Of a DNA stretch of 64,000 nucleotides, positions 59,917 through 64,000 are shown one piece after another. The notes under the pieces were generated by a model. It worked only from the letters and a program-made list of their open reading frames with translations. It did not search any database and was not told the origin of the DNA. Where the stretch lies: assembly GCA_964361405.1 (NCBI GenBank), contig CAYIAA010000001.1, positions 84,917 to 148,916 of the forward strand, in the 5' to 3' direction. How positions within the stretch are numbered: position 1 is the first letter of the stretch; the number at the start of each line of letters is the position of its first letter. The position numbers were made by a program, and so were the translations under genes. Source of the DNA: an uncultured Candidatus Saccharibacteria bacterium (GTDB lineage Bacteria > Patescibacteriota > Minisyncoccia > Phycocordibacterales > UBA3531).

Positions 59917-61065
59917 TTATTGCGTGCTGTCGGCTCCGCGCGACCAGACGCTCACGCCGTTTGGTTCTTTGCCGACGGAAATCTTGGCGATTTCGGTATC
60001 ACTCGCTGTGTCGATAACAGATAAGTCTCCGCTTAAGAGGTTTGTGATATACACACGCGCCCCATCGTTTGAGACGGCGATGCCATGCGGGCCGTCCCCG
60101 ACTGTAATTTCCTTTGCGACCGCCATGGTCCCAAGATCGATTTTATAGACGAGCGATCCCTGTGGCTGCCCGGAATAGTATCCTTGGTCGGCAAGGTAAA
60201 CGTATTGCGAATCCGGGGTCGCGTACATCTGGATGGGTCCCTTTGATCCATTGGGCAAATCGATCATTCTGACTGACGCATCGCGGACTGTATAGACGGC
60301 GAGTTGTTTCGTATCGTAGAGCGAAGCGACGACGTATCTCCCGTCCGCGGTGATGCCGACTTGCACCGCTTTTCCACCGAGCGGGACGATTGAGAGCTCG
60401 TTTGAGGCAATGTCGAGAATGCCAAGCGATTTCCCGCCGAAGTTTGCGATATACGCCGTTTTACCATCGGGACTGACACGCACACCGTGTGGTTCGGGAG
60501 GCGTTTTCTCGGGGCCGACCGCCGGCACGAAGATTCTTTTTTCGATCTCGAATGTTTCCGCGTTTATTTTATAGATAACACCCTTTGTCTGCGCCGTCAC
60601 AATGGCAGTTTTGCTGTCGGGTGTGATGGAAACGTGGGCGAGGTGTATACCGCGCTCGATGGGGATGCGCTTTATAATGCGGTCGGTTATCGGGTCAATG
60701 ACGATCACTTCGTCGGAATCGTCACCGGCTTCTTTTTCTTCTCCGTGCGCATTAGCTTCCGGCACGACCCGGGACGCGTGTCCTTGGTGGGAGCCAGAAT
60801 TTGCCGTTACCCAGACGCTTCGCATATCGGGCGCGACTTGCACATTGTGGGGCGCGTAGGGGAGTATACCTCCATCATGCTCGACCGCGAGACTGATTTT
60901 TGAGATAACTTTTTGTTTTATTGGATCGACGACGGCGATGAATCCGTCGCCCTCGACGGCAGTGTAGACTTTTTCTCCAGGAAGTTCCCGGGGGATTGCT
61001 TGGTATCCGATAATTGCCACCGCTCCGGTGACGATGAAAAGCGAGAACAGTACCAGTTTGTTCAT
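59917..61065 (-). CDS. YncE/YVTN-type beta-propeller, secreted or anchored
   Basis: Repeated PH.V...PDG..AY blades, VGKEPNGV; N-terminal TM. Confidence 0.82.
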   Translation of the reverse strand: MNKLVLFSLFIVTGAVAIIGYQAIPRELPGEKVYTAVEGDGFIAVVDPIKQKVISKISLAVEHDGGILPYAPHNVQVAPDMRSVWVTANSGSHQGHASRVVPEANAHGEEKEAGDDSDEVIVIDPITDRIIKRIPIERGIHLAHVSITPDSKTAIVTAQTKGVIYKINAETFEIEKRIFVPAVGPEKTPPEPHGVRVSPDGKTAYIANFGGKSLGILDIASNELSIVPLGGKAVQVGITADGRYVVASLYDTKQLAVYTVRDASVRMIDLPNGSKGPIQMYATPDSQYVYLADQGYYSGQPQGSLVYKIDLGTMAVAKEITVGDGPHGIAVSNDGARVYITNLLSGDLSVIDTASDTEIAKISVGKEPNGVSVWSRGADSTQ

Positions 61066-61142
61066 GGGTTCAAATTTCTTATTAGCTTTTTAATCAGATT
61101 GTATTATATCATCCGTTTCTATACCGGGGCAATTTCTCTTAT

Positions 61143-61787
61143 TTAATGTGTAAGCGGGTGACGCTGTGGTTTCTGCCACGCGGTCAGTTTTCCGGCTTTT
61201 TGCTCGATAGGATCAGCGCGCCTTAGGAAGCGGGCGCGCGCGGAGGTTACGATGGGGAAGTGGCGCGCGGCGACGAGCGCACGTTCGATGTACCAGAGAT
61301 CTTCTTCGTCCGTCGTCCAGTTGCGGCGGTTGAAGCGCGCGAGATTTAACGTTCCGTATGAGCGGAGCGTTTTCGTGCCGGAATCAAGAAAATATTCGTG
61401 GAAATAGGAAATTGCAAGTTCCCGCACACTGCGATACACCGGATCCCGATAGCGCAGCGCGGCATGGTTCGTTTTGCTTACTGCACCCCAGCGCCCGCGC
61501 TCGCGGAAGACGGTCACTACATGACTTTCGTCATTTGGTGTTGTTTCAAGGTCAAGGAGAAGCGGCGGACGGCCGTGGACAGCGAGCGCGGAGGCGGCGA
61601 ATACTGCGCCCTCAAGACAGTGTGCTTTTCTCTCGCGGAGGATGCGCCGTGGAGACATGAATGTGTCGTGGTGTTCTTCGAAATTGATTGGCAGGGTTTC
61701 GAGAAAATCTTGGATGTGCCTTGGGTTTTTCAGTTTTTGGAACACGCGGAGTTCTTTTTCATTAAAACCAAGTGCGTGTCGCGCCAT
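61143..61787 (-). CDS. Transglutaminase-like (Cys-His) hypothetical protein
   Basis: AHCLEGA, ESHVV, WGAVSKTNH, SYFHEY; start at MARHA after TATACT. Confidence 0.7.
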   Translation of the reverse strand: MARHALGFNEKELRVFQKLKNPRHIQDFLETLPINFEEHHDTFMSPRRILRERKAHCLEGAVFAASALAVHGRPPLLLDLETTPNDESHVVTVFRERGRWGAVSKTNHAALRYRDPVYRSVRELAISYFHEYFLDSGTKTLRSYGTLNLARFNRRNWTTDEEDLWYIERALVAARHFPIVTSARARFLRRADPIEQKAGKLTAWQKPQRHPLTH

Positions 61788-61811
61788 AGTTTGTAGTATA
61801 TCTGAAAAATA

Positions 61812-61947
61812 AAAAGGAAAACGCCGCGAGATCAAATATCTCGCGGCGTCCCCACCGTCTGGTTGTTCCCCCTTTGTGCTCCGCTCGAAGCGAAGATTCA
61901 TGCATCAAAGCAACCAGACGGCAGTAAAAATCTCGATATGCTTTTCC
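61812..61947 (-). ncRNA. Candidate ~135-nt structured small RNA
   Basis: TTGCAA-N17-TAATCT, long irregular hairpin (CCGTCTGGTTG/CAACCAGACGG), 12-bp terminator with U-tail. Confidence 0.45.
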
Positions 61948-62062
61948 TCCGTCAGATTAAAATACTTTCAAATTCTTTGCAAGGTTGTGGCAATAGATAA
62001 CAAAAGCCGCCGCCAGACAGGAAACGACTTTTGTCTGGGGCGGCGCTAGTCCGTCCGGACGA

Positions 62063-62521
62063 TCATGTTGAAACTGGAGACAGGCGTGCTAAGAGTCTTC
62101 CATCTCCTGCTCTTCTTCGAGAGCTTGGGTTTGACATCCTCCTGATTCTCTCGGGAGGGGGCCTACTTGACCCCATCTGCTCGAGCACATCAGCGTCGTG
62201 AACCGAGATAACCGTCACCATGAGCGGAATTTCGTGTGGGGGAAGATAGGGCTCCACGAACTTGTAGGTACAGGGTCCTTGCCCTCTTCTGTGTCTTGTT
62301 CGTGCTTGGCCACTCTTCACCACTGCGTAGCGACGAAGATGGTGAGCCGGAATGGCCCACTCCATCTTGACTCCGTACTGATTCTGCGAGAGAACCCGAC
62401 CCTTCAAATCCAGGGGAAAGATCCCGATGTCCGTGAGAAAATTGCGCGGCATCACGATCTCTTCTCCGACCTTGAATTTCCGCCCCCGATACTGGGAGTA
62501 TTTAGCCTCTTTACGTCCCAT
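62063..62521 (-). CDS. Orphan hypothetical protein (152 aa)
   Basis: AAGGAGG SD at 62527-62533; downstream hairpin 62006-62044. Confidence 0.65.
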   Translation of the reverse strand: MGRKEAKYSQYRGRKFKVGEEIVMPRNFLTDIGIFPLDLKGRVLSQNQYGVKMEWAIPAHHLRRYAVVKSGQARTRHRRGQGPCTYKFVEPYLPPHEIPLMVTVISVHDADVLEQMGSSRPPPERIRRMSNPSSRRRAGDGRLLARLSPVST

Positions 62522-62635
62522 GTGGGCCTCCTTGCCTACGTCTACCGGTAGTGGTAAGACTTCTGGGATATGTATACCCTATTTCCGCCGTTTTGTACAG
62601 GTAGCGGGTGATAGAAGAGGATGGTGTTTACTAGC

Positions 62636-63187
62636 TTAGCGGATGCCTGTGTCTACGTCGAGAGCGAGCTCCAGTGTCTTATTTGCTTTGACAGAGATGG
62701 TGGTGGGGAAGGTAGTGCGGCAACCGAGGAATTCACACTCCGAGAGAGTAACACGGTAATTGCCTTCCGGTATTTCGTCTTTGAACGTCCCGTCCGGCGC
62801 GAGCTTGATATAAAGCGGGGAATCAACTGGTTTCCCGCCGCCGAGCGGCTCGAGCTTGAGGGTGCGCGACGAATATGGATCGGGCACGGGGCCGGGGCAT
62901 GGCTCGACGGGGCAGAGTGGCCCGATTGTGATACGGCCGGTGACGGTCCCCGATGTGCTAAACCATTCGTTGTCGGTATCTGTATCGTCGCCCCCGCCAT
63001 CATTTGGGCAGGCGGCAAATTCGCAATTGGGGCCTGTACGCCCGACGGCGGAGCCGTCGGGGCAGAGTTTTGCTTCCATGGTGCAGGCAACGAGACCGCC
63101 TCCGTCTTGCCAAGATTTCAGGAAGAATATACCTCCTGCGAGAGTGAGGAGAACAATTACCAGAATGCTAACGGTGATTTTAATCAC
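62636..63187 (-). CDS. Secreted or anchored Cys-rich protein
   Basis: TM anchor, ACTMEAKLCPDGSAVGRTGPNCEFAACP module, GPLCPVE, C-terminal beta-sandwich. Confidence 0.75.
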   Translation of the reverse strand: MIKITVSILVIVLLTLAGGIFFLKSWQDGGGLVACTMEAKLCPDGSAVGRTGPNCEFAACPNDGGGDDTDTDNEWFSTSGTVTGRITIGPLCPVEPCPGPVPDPYSSRTLKLEPLGGGKPVDSPLYIKLAPDGTFKDEIPEGNYRVTLSECEFLGCRTTFPTTISVKANKTLELALDVDTGIR

Positions 63188-63206
63188 CAGAGTTCAACAA
63201 GAGATT

Positions 63207-63332
63207 CTATTTATTTTTTTTCTTAGCAGCTTTTTTCTCAAGCATCAGCCGTTTGATTTCAAGCCGCTTCTTGGTTTTATGGGAGTGTTTTGATTTTTTG
63301 TGCATTTTTCGTGCACCATCTCTTTTTGCCAT
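63207..63332 (-). CDS. 41-aa highly basic small protein (absent from the ORF track)
   Basis: MAKRDGARKMHKKSKHSHKTKKRLEIKRLMLEKKAAKKKNK*; fills the gap between two co-oriented genes. Confidence 0.6.
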   Translation of the reverse strand: MAKRDGARKMHKKSKHSHKTKKRLEIKRLMLEKKAAKKKNK

Positions 63333-63352
63333 ATGAATATTTTAATAAAAAG

Positions 63353-63727
63353 TTAGATTTTTATCATCTTAGCGAAAGAACCGATCAGTGGAAGCTCTTT
63401 TTCTCTTCCGTGGGTAACATTTATGATTCCAAGAACAGATAACACAATAGTGGCAAGGTTCCATATATTCCAGAGCATATAAAATTGCCAGCTCACAATA
63501 CTCATTAACAATGGCACAGCAATTTCTAGTCCAAATAATACGAGACCTTGCTTTATGTGATATTTTACAAAGCTATCATCCTTCGCAGAGAGATAAGAGA
63601 CAATGACCAGAGGTCCGATATAGGCCAATATTGCCATTAGGTTCTTATTATCTGCTGAGTTATGGCTTCCACCATGATCTTGAGATTGTGCCGCGTTGCC
63701 AGTCGAATTATAGTTTTGCGAGTCCAT
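63353..63727 (-). CDS. DUF4870-like membrane protein
   Basis: MAILAYIG, FVKYHIKQGLVLF, ELPLIG. Confidence 0.8.
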   Translation of the reverse strand: MDSQNYNSTGNAAQSQDHGGSHNSADNKNLMAILAYIGPLVIVSYLSAKDDSFVKYHIKQGLVLFGLEIAVPLLMSIVSWQFYMLWNIWNLATIVLSVLGIINVTHGREKELPLIGSFAKMIKI

Positions 63728-64000
63728 GAAACTTAACAGTTATTTATAATAACCTTAATTATAACATATGACCCTCTAAGTTTTCTACTGGCTCGCATGG
63801 GAGGACGCCTTCCGAACCACAGAATGGGAGAAAATCTTCCCATTTCCTGATGTTTCTGTGCGTCAGATCCGTTACTTATTGACTTTAGTGTAGCATTTTT
63901 CTCCCTGCTGGAAAATTTTCGAACCGACCCCCAGCCCGAAAAACCAGATTCTTTTTAGAGGGTATATACATGAAAATAGGATCCTCCAGCGCGCTAGTGT

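Overview
Bacterial chromosomal segment (genetic code 11) whose gene content and compacted housekeeping proteins point to Patescibacteria/CPR (Parcubacteria-like); this assignment is an inference. The core backbone is rpmE2-prfA-rpsB-tsf, ahpC-pheS-pheT, gyrB, thrS, dnaE, rnhB-rpmF-nusB(+Nudix)-rnc-smc, rnr, pepA, rpsP-khpA-trmD, rpoB-rpoC-dnaG-rpoD, xth, glyQS and uppP. The main accessory feature is at 3.8-11.5 kb. A 20-nt orphan tRNA 5' fragment is followed by a free-standing HNH endonuclease, an intact but differently sequenced tRNA-Thr(TGT), and an AT-rich, integrase-free four-gene polysaccharide island. The island encodes a UDP-HexNAc dehydrogenase, a hyaluronan-synthase-like GT2, a heparinase II/III-deacetylase fusion and a secreted beta-sandwich-like protein. 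The right third holds tRNA-Arg(CCG), a GT4-GH57-GH15 glucan cluster, orphan single-gene cassettes, a bcp pseudogene, a pilin fusion, two promoter-hairpin-terminator loci that look like small RNAs, an unannotated 41-aa basic protein and a tRNA-3'-end-like att remnant. No CRISPR array, rRNA or intact transposase was seen.
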